DNA of 63,579 nt, the filler included, from Chiloscyllium plagiosum (taxonomy: Eukaryota), in assembly GCF_004010195.1 (NCBI RefSeq). It is 3 parts of one record of this genome, joined end to end, with 100 filler letters (N's around TTAATTAATTAA, not from the genome) between each part and the next. Parts side by side here need not be neighbours in the genome. Positions count along the whole stretch, not along the records: positions 1 to 28,319 come from NC_057714.1; 2 more parts are not named here. One strand, written 5' to 3'. This document shows, piece by piece, positions 1-12,350 of the stretch. How positions within the stretch are numbered: position 1 is the stretch's first letter; every line of letters begins with the position of its first letter. The translations under genes and the position numbers were made by a program. The notes under the pieces are model-generated. The model had not been told where the DNA came from. It saw nothing but the letters and a program-made list of their open reading frames with translations, and made no database searches.

Positions 1-385
1 AATGCCACACGTCCCCCTCTTTTACCCCCACCTCTGCCCCTACTAAAACATTTAAACCCTGGGACCTGCAACAGTCAATCCTGTCCCTGTTCTACCCATG
101 TCTCCGTAATAGCCACAACATCGAAGTCCCAGGTACCAACCCACACTGCAAGTTCACCTACCTTATTTTCGTATACTTCTTGCATTGAAGTATACACACT
201 TCAAGCCACTTTCCTGTTTACAGGCACCCTCCTTTGAAATTGATGCCATGTTCCTAACCTCCCTACACTCCAGGTCCTGCACCCTAAAGCTACAGTCTGG
301 GTTCCCATGCCCCTGCAGAGTTAGTTTAAACCCCCCCCAAGAGCACTAGCAAACCTCCCACCAAGGATACTGGTGCCCCTCAGGT
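1..385 (-). mobile_element. CR1 LINE fragment (ORF1 end / ORF2 endonuclease N-terminus)
   Basis: Minus strand translates to CVYFNARS..KVGELAVWVGTWDFDVVAITETW, the APE endonuclease start typical of CR1 ORF2; frameshifted. Confidence 0.85.
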
Positions 386-1104
386 TCAGAAGTCACAGCT
401 GCCATTTAACAGATGTTGATCCCATCTCCTGTTTCCTGAGAACAGAAGCCCCTCAAACCTTTGTGTACAATAGACAAAACAATGTAACGCCATAGTGATG
501 GAATTTTAATATATATTTAAGAACTGTGTATAATGAAGGTACTGCAAGAACTGTATTTCAGGATTCCGTCACCAGCTTGAAGGTGTGCCACTGCTGTTGC
601 TGAATAAACAGACTATTTTTGCCATTCCCCAATTTTGGTCGCTATTTGATCGCGATCCCACAGTGTCATCAGCAAATCGTGCCGAGAGTCGGTGAGAATT
701 CATCTGCAATACTGTGTACACAGAAGGATGTTTGTACATTCAGCTAGTTACTGGTACATCCCAAAGTGGAGCTTTAAATTGCAGGCTGGTCCTGTAAGTG
801 GATTGGAAAAGTTCCGCGAGGGTCCCGAGAGGGTGACAGTGGTTGGATGCGGCCTGTGCCGCTGAGATGCTGCTGCTGGGTATTTAGGTCTCGAGCTGCA
901 AGCAGGTGTTAGGATAGGAAGCTACACATTCATGAGGCAAGATTTGCAGTTAATGAAACTGACAACAAACAATAATCCCCATTAATAGGCAACTCAACTC
1001 ATGCTTCTGAAAAAGAATCTTATCTTGATCCTCATCCCTTTCCCAAACGCTATTTGTAAATGCGATGTCAAGAAAGGCCTTACCTGACTTCTCAAGCATT
1101 TTGC

Positions 1105-1386
1105 CCCGATTTCCCATCCATCTTCCTTCCCACCTATCCACTCCACCCCCCTCCTATCTTCATCTACCTATTGCATTCTCAGCTACTTTCCCCCCCCACC
1201 ACCCCCCCTTCCCATTTATCTCTCAGCGCCCCCCCACCCCCCCTTCCCATTTATCTCTCAGCGCCCCCCCGGGCTCATAAGCCTCATTCCTGAACAACAG
1301 CTTATGCTCAAAATGTCAATTCTCTGCTTCTCAGATGCTGCCTGACCAGCTGTGCTTTTCCAGCGCCACACTCCAACATCTGCAGG
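1105..1386 (+). mobile_element. Penelope-like element 3' end (pLTR) with decayed hammerhead motif
   Basis: C-rich linker followed by the tail gatgctgcctgacc..gcttttccagc, shared with the PLE RT/GIY-YIG copies at 24820 and 30126; contains a 35-bp tandem duplication (1201-1235/1236-1270). Confidence 0.75.
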
Positions 1387-1440
1387 CCTCACAGAAGTAG
1401 GCCAGTCAATCCCACAAGCCTGTTCTGCCATTCAGTGAGA

Positions 1441-1830
1441 TCACAGCAAGCCAGGCAGCATCAGGAGGTGGAGAAGTCGACGTTTGAGGTGTAACCCTTC
1501 TTCAGGGCTGGGGTGGGTGTGGAGGGGAGCTGCAGATAAAACAGTTGGGGGTGGGGGAGGGGCAAGGTGGTGAAGTGGGGATAGGTGCAGACAGGTAGAA
1601 GGTATGACCTGGTTGGCCAATGGGAGGAATGAATCTGGCTGGTGGCAGGGAGCAGTGCAAGGGAGGGGGAGGAACTGCAAAGGGAGTCAGGAGATGGGAA
1701 AGGAGGTTATTTGAAATTGGAGAACTCAAATGTTGAGTCCTCTGTGCTGGAGGCTGGGTAGGTTTGTTGTTTTTCCAGCCTCCTGCCTGTCTACTTTGGA
1801 TTCCAGAATCTGCATTTTCTTTTGTCTCTA
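1441..1830 (-). mobile_element. Penelope-like element 3' fragment (second subfamily) with hammerhead-like motif
   Basis: Minus strand at 1475-1509 reads agcc-CTGAAGA-A-gggttacacct-cAAACGTC-gact; flanks resemble other PLE tails. Confidence 0.65.
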
Positions 1831-1867
1831 TTCAATGAGATGATGGCTGATCTCCACATACTGTACC

Positions 1868-2108
1868 TGGTTGCTCAGTGGTTAGTACTGCTACCTGGAG
1901 GACCTGGATTCAATTCCAGCCGTGGGTAACTGGCTGTATGAAGTTTGCTTGTTCAGTGTCCGCATGGCTTGCTGAAAACGATATGCAGCTTAGATAGACT
2001 GGCTATGGTAAATGCAGGGCTGGATCTGGGTGGGATCCTGAGGAGGATTGGTGCAGACTAAATGGGCTGAATGGCCTCTTCCTGCACTGTAAGGATTCTG
2101 TGATTCTA
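1868..2108 (+). mobile_element. HE1-type tRNA-derived V-SINE, degenerate
   Basis: gctcagtggttag (A box) and ggattcaattcc (B box) followed by a CR1-like tail. Confidence 0.65.
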
Positions 2109-2988
2109 TTGCCTTTGGCTCATATGCCTTTGCTTCACAAAAATGTATGTATCTCAGATTTAAAATGAACAACTGATCTAGCAACTGCAGTTGTACTGGA
2201 GCAGGTTAGATGTAGGAAAGTCTAGTTGTCCCAATTGAGGCTATTCATGAATAAAATACCAGGGACATTTAGAAACAAGATGTGCCATGACAACATAGAA
2301 GTCTTTTTACAGCAGCTGGATAGTACAACCCAGCGAGATGTGTTTTCAATTGTGTGGGGCACATAATATCAGTCAGGTACCCTGCCCACCATGTTCCCAT
2401 CCAGTCTTGAGTTCACCATCAAATACAAAGGGTGGACTAAAACCCGTCCACCATAGATAAATAAACAATTATCCACCTCACCCCTATCTCCCCAACATTT
2501 TCAATAATTTGACCATAGACTTCTAAATTGGAATTCTTTTCACACTCTATAATCTCTAAAGAATAATGTCACAATGGAGATATGATCTCACTAAACAAAG
2601 CAGTCACTAATCAAAGTAAGAAAAATGTCTTTCACTGCCCAAGACAGTAACGTTTAATTACAAAGTCACTATTACCAGCTTAGTCTGTGGAAATTAATAC
2701 ATTCTAATCTTTACTCAACTAGTTTTGTTAATGGGGCTTTTGAATTATGGTAAATGGAGGATATTAGTTTTCCTTCCTTTCTCCCATGCTTGGCTACCAG
2801 TAACTTTAGCCGTACTAATAATCACAAACATTATTTGAGTAATTTGTTTTCAGAATTCTTCATTGCTGTTCAAACCATCAATTATGTTATTGACTAAGGT
2901 TTCTATGATTTCGGCTGATTGTCCCGATTTATTGCAAACAAGGTACACTCTACCTTTGCATCGTGTAATCTGACTGAGTATACTTCAA

Positions 2989-3323
2989 GGTCCGTCGTGG
3001 CTCAGTTAGCAGCACATTTGCTTCTGAGCTACAAGATTCTGGATTCAGGGTTTGAGCACAAACATCAAGGCTGAGCTCTGGTGTAAAACTGAGAGAGTGC
3101 TGCACTTTTGGAGGTGCAATGTTAAAACAGAAACCCCATCTGTCCACTGAGATGGACATCAGAGAGCTGATAGCACTATTTCAAAGCCAAGAAGGGGAGT
3201 TTTCCCTGGTGTTGTGGCCAGTATTTACCCCTTGATGAACGTCAACTAGAAACTATTTCGATGCTTCCTTCTAAATATTGTTATTTGAGGGAAATTTCAC
3301 GGTGTGTATTTTCTACATTACAA
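2989..3323 (+). mobile_element. SacSINE1/Deu-domain-like SINE, old
   Basis: tRNA-like head tggctcagtt..ggattca followed by gaaggggagttttccctggtgttgtggccagtatttaccc; related minus-strand copies near 37890-38060 and 42140-42475. Confidence 0.55.
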
Positions 3324-4178
3324 CTAAGACTATTATTACTCTTTCTTTCATTGTTCGCTGCTCCTGGTTAGCTTTACAAATTTGCTCCTTTCCTTTATTC
3401 AGATCTCCCAGAGCTGAGTGATAGTTCCCTGTCTTTCTGTAGCCCCCAAAAGCATTCCCCACCATAATATTTCTTGATCTTCTGTTTATTCCGCCCCCGA
3501 CTCCCCCAATCTTTCCATGTGATAGGTGATGAGCACTCTGCATTATTCTGGTAGGACTATATTTGTTTTCACTACGTTGTTCCAACTAAGTTCCCAAAAA
3601 TTATCTTAATAAAGTGCAATAATCATAATTCTTTCTCATGTTATTTTTTAAAATGTCTTCTTGTGCAACGGTTGTTATTTCTCAGAAGTTAGTCAACAAA
3701 AGATCTGTGAAAATAACCTCCCAGTAATGGAAAAATATAATACATTTCAATTTTAGAAATATTGGCACTTAAAAAGTGGCAACTCGCACAAAGATCATTT
3801 TGAACAGTAGAGATAGAACATGAACAAATTTGAAGAAAGTTTCCTAAAATACAAAATACTCATATTTTCTTGTTCATCTTGTTACAGCTGAACAATTTCT
3901 ATTGACCAAATATAAATGCATTTATATATAAACTGTATATCATATCTACATATAATGTATGTATGAAAACTTAAAGACAGGCATTTAAAGTTGCAATATC
4001 TTAACTCATTGTTATAAAATTCCACACAATTTGATTTTCCTGCTGGTGTCTATCATATGTTGCAATCTAAAATGAACTAACAAAATGATTTACTGCTTAA
4101 CACCACCTTCAGATGGCACCAACAGCCTGTGGTGGAGTTTGTCCCCTAAATGTAATAATCAGAAAGCCTTGCAATTAC

Positions 4179-4397
4179 CTCTTCACACGGCACCTCAGAA
4201 CACTGCACACGGTTCCCTAAGATATGTATTAAAGAGGTGACAGCCGCCTCACTCAAAATGTCTTCTCCTGGGACTAGGAGATCCACCACTCTCCTGAAGA
4301 TTTCTTGTTTAGAGATGAAAAGAGATCCATTTCCTTGTGAAGCTGCCTGCTTTAGAGCAGCCAAAATCACAGGGAGCAGCAGGAACAGCCTAAACAT
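4179..4397 (-). CDS. SLC39A4: Zinc transporter ZIP4, first coding exon (73 aa: signal peptide + start of extracellular domain)
   Basis: MFRLFLLLPVILAA..LLVPGEDILSEAAVTSLIHILGNRVQCSEVPCEE matches the ZIP4 N-terminal RVxCxxxPC pattern; ends in phase 0 at the canonical donor GAG|GTAATT (4178-4177). No later exon was recognised within 1-4178. Confidence 0.85.
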
Positions 4398-4520
4398 AAT
4401 GCAGTAAACAATTAAAAGGGAGAGAAACTCTCAATTCCTTCACACAACAGCTTATTCAGGGAAGCCTTGAACACTTCTTTCCAAAGATATTCAAATGGCT
4501 GCAATCTAAAGTTGATGAGT

Positions 4521-4585
4521 TTTATAACTAACCTTGTGGCAAATGTTCTCCCCCTCCAGCACCCACCTCCCTGTCTCTTGATTGG
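4521..4585 (-). promoter_or_regulatory. Candidate SLC39A4 core promoter (CCAAT box, GT/CACCC box, TATA-like)
   Basis: On the minus strand, in order: CCAAT (4585-4581), GGGAGGTGGGTG (4571-4560), TTATAAA (4527-4521), about 125 bp upstream of the ATG. Confidence 0.5.
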
Positions 4586-5902
4586 CTGGAAGAGATTAAT
4601 GATGTCAGCCATTACACTAAAAGGAAACTCCCAGAATTGCAGATCTTACTTAATAATGACTACCAACTATTTGGACTATCAAAACAAATAGGTTCACTTT
4701 ACCTTAGACATTTCATTTCTATTAACAAATATTTCAAGGAAGTTCCTTCAAACAGTTTTTAAAATATGTACATATCCATAGTAAGTAAATTCCTGTCCTA
4801 CTTCCTGCATCTATACATTCTGCAAGTCACCTGGCTTCTCTTTGATAAATTATTGAAGGGAAACAAAATGTCACTCTGATTTTGGAAAGGTGAAAATCAA
4901 TACCTTACCCTGTCACCGGAAAACAACCTTCCACTCTCTTTTGACCGGATTTACTTTTCTTGCTTAGCTTTATTCCTGCCTATTAAATTTAACCCTTCAA
5001 CAAATTATTTTACTTTAGTTTTTGACTTAAGACTAGATTTGCTCCAATTTCTATGCCATCAGTTTCTCAGCTTATGTATGGGGTGCCTTTTTTAAAAAAA
5101 AATCACTTGCAGTTTACTATGTTTGATTTTAAAAATATAAAGTAGCAGAAATACAGATAAAATCTATTGGCCCCTTTCAAAAGAGAAAAGACGGCTTGAT
5201 GACTTAACCTTTTCAGTGAAAATTAGCCTGCTTATTTATATTTCATAAGCAATCCAGCAGTTTCTACAATGACAGTGAAATCCCATCGAGGAAAGAAAAT
5301 GGAAGACCTCTTTCCCCCCTTTGCATCCAAAATTTTCCCTTCCTTATCTGAAGGTTTTGGAATGGAAGTTGATTGCGACTAATTCTGTGGCTTGATGCCC
5401 GTATGCCAGAGGCCAAAGGATCATTTGAAATTGAACCGCTGTGGAAGCTGCCAGGCTCCCAGATGTAGGTCTACCATGTGCATGGGTCCAGTTGGGTTAG
5501 CTACCACATGAGAAAGAATCTTCTGGCTGACTTTGGGAATAAGGGAGAGGGAAATGGAGGGCTGGAGTCTCACCAACATGAGTCAACAGCAACTGTAGTG
5601 CTACTGATGTTGGAGAAATTGCATTCTCTCTCACTCTGCATTTAATACGTCAGGCAGTTTTCGGCAGTTCCTTCCTTTAAGGACTGTTTTGCTAAGTGAA
5701 TGCAGAACCAAAAAGAGACTAAGCAAGGCACAACAAGCACAGCTCTGCTCAGCAGCATTAATTTTTTCACAAAGGTAATGATGCCAGCACTAGTACATGG
5801 ATGTTCAAGAAACTTAATGATTTCAAACATCCTGCTGATATTCTGAGAGTGTGAAAGACAGCAGGTGTTCTGCACATGAATATCGACACAGCAAGGGATT
5901 GC

Positions 5903-6008
5903 ATGTGGTGCAGTAGTGGTGTACCTCTAAGCCAGAAGACCCAAGTTCAAGTCACACCTGTTCCAGGAGCGTGTTGCAAGGCATCCAAACAGGTCAATTA
6001 AAAATATC
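5903..6008 (+). mobile_element. Short tRNA-derived SINE
   Basis: tggtgcagtag..ccaagttcaagtc head; a related reverse copy lies at 42864-42982. Confidence 0.5.
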
Positions 6009-6371
6009 AGTAGGCAAAGAAATTTTCAATTTCTCTCTCATTAACTTGCCGCCTTCCCATAACAGTTGCTTCTCACTGTCCAGCATTTCGGCGACAATGC
6101 AAAAAAACTGCTGTCGTCCGCATATAACATTCCCACAGAAATCACAAAAGCCTAGTTGACAAACATTAATTGATTCTTGTTTAACGTGGTGGAACTTAGT
6201 AATCAGTTTGAGAGGTAGGAACCTGAGTTGGAAACAACTGTGCAAATCTTAAATAAAGATAAAGACAGGTGAAGCAAGTGTTTTCTGATTCACTCATGGG
6301 ACATGGGCGCCGCTGGCTGGCTATCACTTATTATCTGTCCCTCATTGCCCTTGAGAAGGTGGTGGTGAGCA

Positions 6372-7280
6372 AGAGGGCAAAGTATTGACAGATGGAATAT
6401 AATGTGGGGAAATGTGACAAGAATAGAGGAGCTGAATATTGTTTTAGTAGAAAAGAAACCTGCAGAAAGCCACGAAACCGAAGGATTTAGGAGTCTTCAT
6501 CCATGAATCACTAACAGCTAGCATCCAAGTTCAGCAGGTAATAGAGAAGGCAAATAGAATGTCGGCTTTTACTTCAGAGAAGGTGGAGTGTAGGAGTGTT
6601 ACCTAAAACTGTAGAAGGTAACTAGTCAGACAATATTGTGAACAGTTTTGGCTTCTTGTTTAAGGTATGATGTACTGTGATTGGATACAGTCCAGAAAAG
6701 ATTCACAAAGCTGATATCACGTATGGGGGGGGCTGTCATATGATGAAAGTTTGAGTAGGTTAGGCCTCTGTTGGTTGGAATATAATGAGAGGTGACCTTA
6801 CTGAAACATATAAGATTCTTCGGGGGCTTGACTAGGATCTCACCGTATGAAGTGTCCAAGACAAGAGGGTATAATCTCCGAGTAAGGGGGTCACACGTTT
6901 AAAACAGAAATGTGGAGGAATTTCTTCTCTCAAAGGGTGGTAAATATATCCTCTACCACAGAGAGCTGCTGAGGCTGGGTCATTAAGTATATTTGAGGCT
7001 GAAATAGACAGATTTTTTTATCAGGAGGAGAAAGTGAGGACTGCAGATGCTGGAGATCAGAGTCGAGAGTGTGGTGCTGGAAAAGCACAGCAGGTCAGGC
7101 AGCATCCGAGGAGCAGGAGAATCGACATTTTGGGCATAAGCCCTTCATCAGGAATCCTGATGAAAGAGTTTTAATCAGGAAGGGAATCAAGGGTTACGGC
7201 AGGAAAATGGAGTTGAAGATTATCTGGTCGGTTATGATGGACTGAATGGCCTATTTCTGCTGTTACATCTTATTGTCTTA
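6372..7280 (+). mobile_element. CR1 LINE 3' fragment, interrupted by a PLE short insert
   Basis: tggaatataatgtgggaaatgtga and ttcttctctcaaagggtggt RT C-terminal motifs; CR1 3' tail. Confidence 0.75.
7024..7170 (-). mobile_element. Short PLE-derived insert with hammerhead motif (CpG-decayed)
   Basis: Minus: CTGATGA-A-GGGCTTATGCCC-aAAAtGTC; short inverted junction catcagga-a-tcctgatg; flanked by atcagga repeats. Confidence 0.8.
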
Positions 7281-7342
7281 TTTCACTAATCAATGGTCCA
7301 ATTTTATACTTTTATCCTTTTGGCAGAGACTAGTTTGTTCAT

Positions 7343-8283
7343 ATGACACTGTCAAGATGAGATGGTGAGTCCTAAGTCATGGCTCATCTGCTCTGACTGA
7401 TTTTCTTTTTTTCCCCCATTTTTCTTGATTTTGTTCCTTCTTTCCATTACTTACCTCTCGTCCTGTGCTTGGATGGCATCAGAAATCCCAGCACAGACTC
7501 GAGTGGGCCCAGCGCGGACCTTGTGGCAGTGGAAAATGAGCCTCAACTTACTTTTCTGGGGCAATGGAACCGATGGTGCTACACCGGTGGAGGCGAGCTC
7601 GGCGCGGTAGAAGGATGGTGCCTGAAGATTAGCAACTTCATCGTTGTTTGGGTCTGGTGCTGCCTACAGCGAGGTGGTGGAGGAGGGATGGTGGTGAAGG
7701 CACTGTTGATGATGAGCGGACTCAGGACTGATGGGTTCTCTCTAAGCTCGATCCGTATTCCTAAACTACTCAAAATGGTGATGGTTTGCTGCGACAGTGG
7801 AAACGTTTGATGAGATGCCCTACAGTGTGGAAACAGGCCCTTCAGCCCAACCAGTCCACACCGACCCTCCAAAGAGTAACCCACCCAGACCCATTTCCCT
7901 CATGCACCTAACATATGGGCAATTTAGCATGGCCAATGCCCCTGATCTGCACATCTTTGGATTGTGGGAGGAAACTCACACAGACACAGGGAGAACGTGC
8001 AAACTCCGCACAGACAGTCACCCGAGACTGGAATCAAACCTGAATGTATGGCGCCATGAGGCTGCAGTGCTAACCACTGAGCCACCATGCTGCCCCATGT
8101 ATGTGTAAGGCACTCAGACTCAGGACTGATGGGCTCTCTCTAAGCTAGATCTTTCTTTTTCTTTCCTCATTCTTAAAGTATTCAAAATGGTGATGGATTG
8201 CTGTGACAGCGGAAAAGCTTTTCACTGTGTGTTAACTGTTTTACTCACTGGAAAATACACATGACAATAAAATAATTCATTCA
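7343..8283 (+). mobile_element. Non-autonomous retroelement with caagatg head and Rex1-like tail (contains HE1 insertion)
   Basis: The head is homologous to the reverse copy at 17940-18675; the 3' end aaagcttttcactgt..catgacaataaa..ttca resembles the Rex1 tail at 19710-19765. Confidence 0.5.
7812..8096 (-). mobile_element. HE1-type V-SINE
   Basis: Reverse complement of ggggcagcatggtggctcagtggttagcactgc..tgtgcagatcagg..ggccatgctaaattgccc. Confidence 0.9.
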
Positions 8284-8971
8284 CACAAGCCAGGCTTCAG
8301 AATTTGGCCTTGGCCTGCTTTTGCCCAGTTAAGAGATGAAAAATGATGCAATAAGTTTTTAGTTCCTGGCTGCCTCAAAAACATGTATTACTTGCTCTGG
8401 AGGTTCATAATTCAATTATTAATTCGAAATTTTGACTCTAAATTTGTGAGAACCATGTATAGCTGTAAGTTTGCTTTAATATTTAGCTTTCATATTTCTA
8501 CATTGTTTGTGTTAAGAATGAAACTTTGGTTTAATTTTAGATTTATTCTGAGTGCCCACAGATATCTGAAACTTTGTTTACATGCATTTAATGTGAATTC
8601 TTAAGAAACCTTTGAGGTGAATAGTTCAGTGATTTGGAAGACAAGGGTGGAGGAAGAAAAAGTAATTGGATTGTTATCTAGCAACAAGGTGTCCAATGAC
8701 ACAGAGAGACAGAGACAGAAATAGGTTTCCTTTTAGAAATGAAAATAGAACAAAATGTGCTGCCTGGAAGTGTGGTTGAGGCAAGTTCAATTGAGTCACT
8801 CAAGAGGGCATTCAGATAGAAACAATGTAGAGGGTTTCAGGGAAAAAGCAAGAGGTTGTTAAATGCTCAGAGAGCAAGTGCACAGACATAATATGCAAAA
8901 TGGCTTCCTTCTACATTGTAATAATTCCGTGATTCTGTTGACAAATGTGCATACTTGACATAGTTATTCTT

Positions 8972-11900
8972 ACAGAATCATACCTGACAGATAACACCCC
9001 AGACACCACCAATACCATCCCTGGATATGTCCTATCCCACCAGTGGGACAGACACAGCAGAGGTGGCAGCACAGTCAGGACGGAGTTGCCCTGGGAGTCC
9101 TTGAGATCAACTCCAACCCCATGAAGTTTCATGGCTCCAGGTCAAACATGGGCAAGGAAACCTTTTACTGGTTACCACGCACCATCCTCCTTTAATTGAT
9201 GAATCAGCACTCCTCCATGTTGAACAACGCTTGGAGGAAGCACTGAGGGTGGCAAGGGCGCAAAATGTACTCTGGGTGAGGGATTTCAATGTCCACCACT
9301 GAGAATGGCTCAGCAGCAGCATTACTGATCCGAAAGGATACAACTGCTAGACTGGGTCTGCAGCAGGTGGTGAAGGAACCAACAAGAGGCAAAAAACGTA
9401 TGTGCCCTCATCCTTACTAATCTGCCAGCTGCAGAAGCATCTGTCCATGACAGTACAGGTAAAAGTGACCAGCGCACTGTCCTTGTGGACACGAAGTTCT
9501 GCCTTCACAGTGAGAATAACCTCCATCATGTTATGCGGCACTATCACCATGCTAAATGGGGTAGACTACGAACCTATCTAGCAGCTCAAGACTGGGCATC
9601 CGTGAGGTGCTGCGCGTCATCAACAGCAGCAGAACTGTACTCCAGCATAATCTGGAGCATAATCTGCAAGATCAAGGTCTGGCATATCCCCCACTCAACC
9701 ATTACCATCAAATCAGGAGATCAACCCTTGTACAATGGAGAGTGAAGGAGGGCATGCCAGGAGCAGCATCAGGCATAGCTACGGGCTTTTGCCCGAAACA
9801 TCGATTTTCCTGCTCCTCGGATGCTGCCTGACCTGCTGTGCTTTTCCAGCACCACTCTAATCTAGACTCTGATTCCCAGCATCTGCAGTCCTCATTTTTG
9901 CCTGAAAATGAGGTGTCAACCTGGTGAAGCTACCAAACAGGACTACTTAAGTGCTAAACGGCATTAACAGCAAGTGATAGATAGAGCTAAGCAATCCCAT
10001 AGGCAACAGATCAGATCTAAGTTTAGATTAGAATGGTGCTGGAAAAGCACAGCAGGTCAGGCAGCATCCGAGAAGCAGGAAAATCGACGTTTTGGGCAAA
10101 AGCCCTTCATCAGGAATGGAGGCAGGGAGCCTCCAGGTGACTCCTGGGATGCTGCCTGACCTGCTGTGCTTTTCCAGCACCACTCTAATCTAAACTCTGG
10201 TTTCCAGCATCTACAGTCCTCACTTTTGCCTAGATCAGCTCTAAGCTCTGCAATGCTTCTACATCCACACGTGAATGGTGGTGGACAATTAAACAACTCA
10301 CTGGAGGAGGAACCACAACTATCCCCATCCTCAATGATGGAGGAGACCAGCACATTAGTACAACAGATAAGGCTGACTCATTCACAATAATCTTCAGTCA
10401 GAAGTACCAAGTAAATAATCCATATCGGGCTCCTCCAGTAATCCTCAGCATCCAAGATACCTGTCTCCAGCCAATTTGATTCGCTCTACGTGACATCAAG
10501 AAATGGCTGGAGGCACTGGATATTACAAAGGCAATGGGCCCTGATAACATTCCAGCAATAGTACTGAAGACATGTGCTCCAGAACTTGCCGCTCCCCTAG
10601 CCAAGCTCCTCCAGTACAGTTACAATACTGGTATCTACCCAACAATGTGGAATATTGCCCAAGTATGTCCTGCACGTAAAAAGCAGGACAAATCTAACCC
10701 AGCCAATTACCGCCCAATCAGTCTACTCTCAAGCATCAGTAAAGTGATGGAAGACGTCAGTAACAGTGCTATCAAGCAGCACCTGCTCAGCAACAACCTG
10801 ATGCCCAGTTTGGGTTTCACCAGGGTCACTCAGCTCCTGATCTCATTACAACCTTGGTTCAAACATGGACAAAAAAGCTCAATTCCAGAGATGAAGTGAC
10901 AGTGACAGCCCTTGACATCAAGGCCACATTTGACCGAGTATGGCATCAAGGAGCCCTGGCAAAACTGGGATCAATGGGTATCATGGGACAAACACTCCGC
11001 TGGTTAGCGTCATACCTGGCACAAAGGAAGATGGTTGTGGTTGTGGAGGGTCAGTCATCTCAGTTCCAGGACATCTCTGCAGGAGTTCCTAAAAGTAGGG
11101 TCTTGGGCCCAACAATCTTCAGCTGCTCCATCAATGACCTTCCTTCTGTCATAAGGTCAGAAGTGGGAATGTTCACCAATGATTGCACAGTGTTCAGCAC
11201 CATTCCCAACAGCTCAGCTACTGAAGCAATCTGTGCTCAAATGCAACAAGATCTGGACAATATCCAGGCTTGGGCCGACATGTGGCAAGTAACATTCGTG
11301 CCACACAAATGCCAGACAATGACCATCACCACCACCCCTTGACATTCAACGGTATTACCATCACTAAACGCTCCACTGTCAACATCCTTGGGGTTACCAT
11401 TGACCAGAAACGCAACTGGACTCACCACATAAACACAGTGGCTACAAGAGCAGGTCAGAAACTAGGGATACTGCAGCGAGTAATTCACCTCCTGACTCCC
11501 CAAAGTCTATCCACCATCTGCAAGGCACAAGTCAGGAGTGTGATGGAATACTCCCAACTTGCCTGGATGGGGGCAGCTCCAACAACACTCAAGAAGCTCG
11601 ACACCATCCAGGACAAAGCAGCCGCTTTACTGGCACCGCAGCCACAAACATCCACCCCCTCCACCATCAGCACTCAGTAGCTGCAGTGTGTACTATCAAC
11701 AAGATGCACTGCAGAAATTCACCAAAGATCCTTAGACAGCACCTTCTAAACCCCCCCATCACTTCCACCAAGAAGGACCAGGGCAGCAGGTACTTGGGAA
11801 CACCACCCCCTGCAAGTTCCCCTCCAAGCCCCTTACAACCCTGACTTGGAAATATACCACTGTTCCGTCACATTTGTTGGGTCCAAATCCTGGAACTCCC

Positions 11901-12030
11901 TCCCTACCGGCATTGTGGGTTAACCCACAGCAAGTGGCCTGCAGCAGCCAATCAAGAAGGGAGCTCAGCATCACCTTCGCAAGGGCAAATAGGGATGGAC
12001 TATCAATCCTGGCCAGCCAGCGACGCCCAA
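8972..12030 (+). mobile_element. CR1-group (Zenon-like) LINE, near-complete ORF2, degenerate
   Basis: EN remnants, then GPDNIP..YRPISLLS, ALDIKATFDRVWHQG, GVP.S.VLGP, KAQVRSVMEYS; frameshifts; two PLE inserts at 9781-9903 and 10022-10231. Confidence 0.85.
10022..10231. mobile_element. Inverted PLE-derived short insert with hammerhead motif and TSD
   Basis: Tail present in both orientations; flanked by agatcag(a/c)tctaag repeats; minus-strand core CTGATGA-A-GGGCTTTTGCCC-aAAACGTC. Confidence 0.8.
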
Positions 12031-12062
12031 GTCAGAGAGCAAAGCCCTGTACCAGCAGCGGT

Positions 12063-12350
12063 TTAGACCCTACGGTGTGGAAACAGGCCATTTCCCTCCA
12101 AAGAGTAACCCACCCAGACTCATTCCCCTACCCTATATTTATCCTGACTAATGCACCTAACACAATGGGCAATTGAGCACAGCCAATTCACCTAACCTGT
12201 ACACCTTTGGATTGTGGGAGGAAACCAGAGCACCCGCAGACATGGAGAGAATGTGCAAACTCCACACAGACAGTCACCCGTTACTGGAATCGAACCCGGG
12301 TCCTTAGTGCTGTGAGGCAGCTGTGCTAACCACTGAGCTACCATGCCACC
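12063..12350 (-). mobile_element. HE1-type V-SINE
   Basis: Reverse A/B boxes (gctcagtggttagc, gggttcgattcc) and V-domain. Confidence 0.85.

Noticed and set aside
390..4140. Search for SLC39A4 exon 2
   Set aside because: No phase-0 exon with a ZIP4-like peptide was found; the acceptor-like site near 897 hits an early stop.
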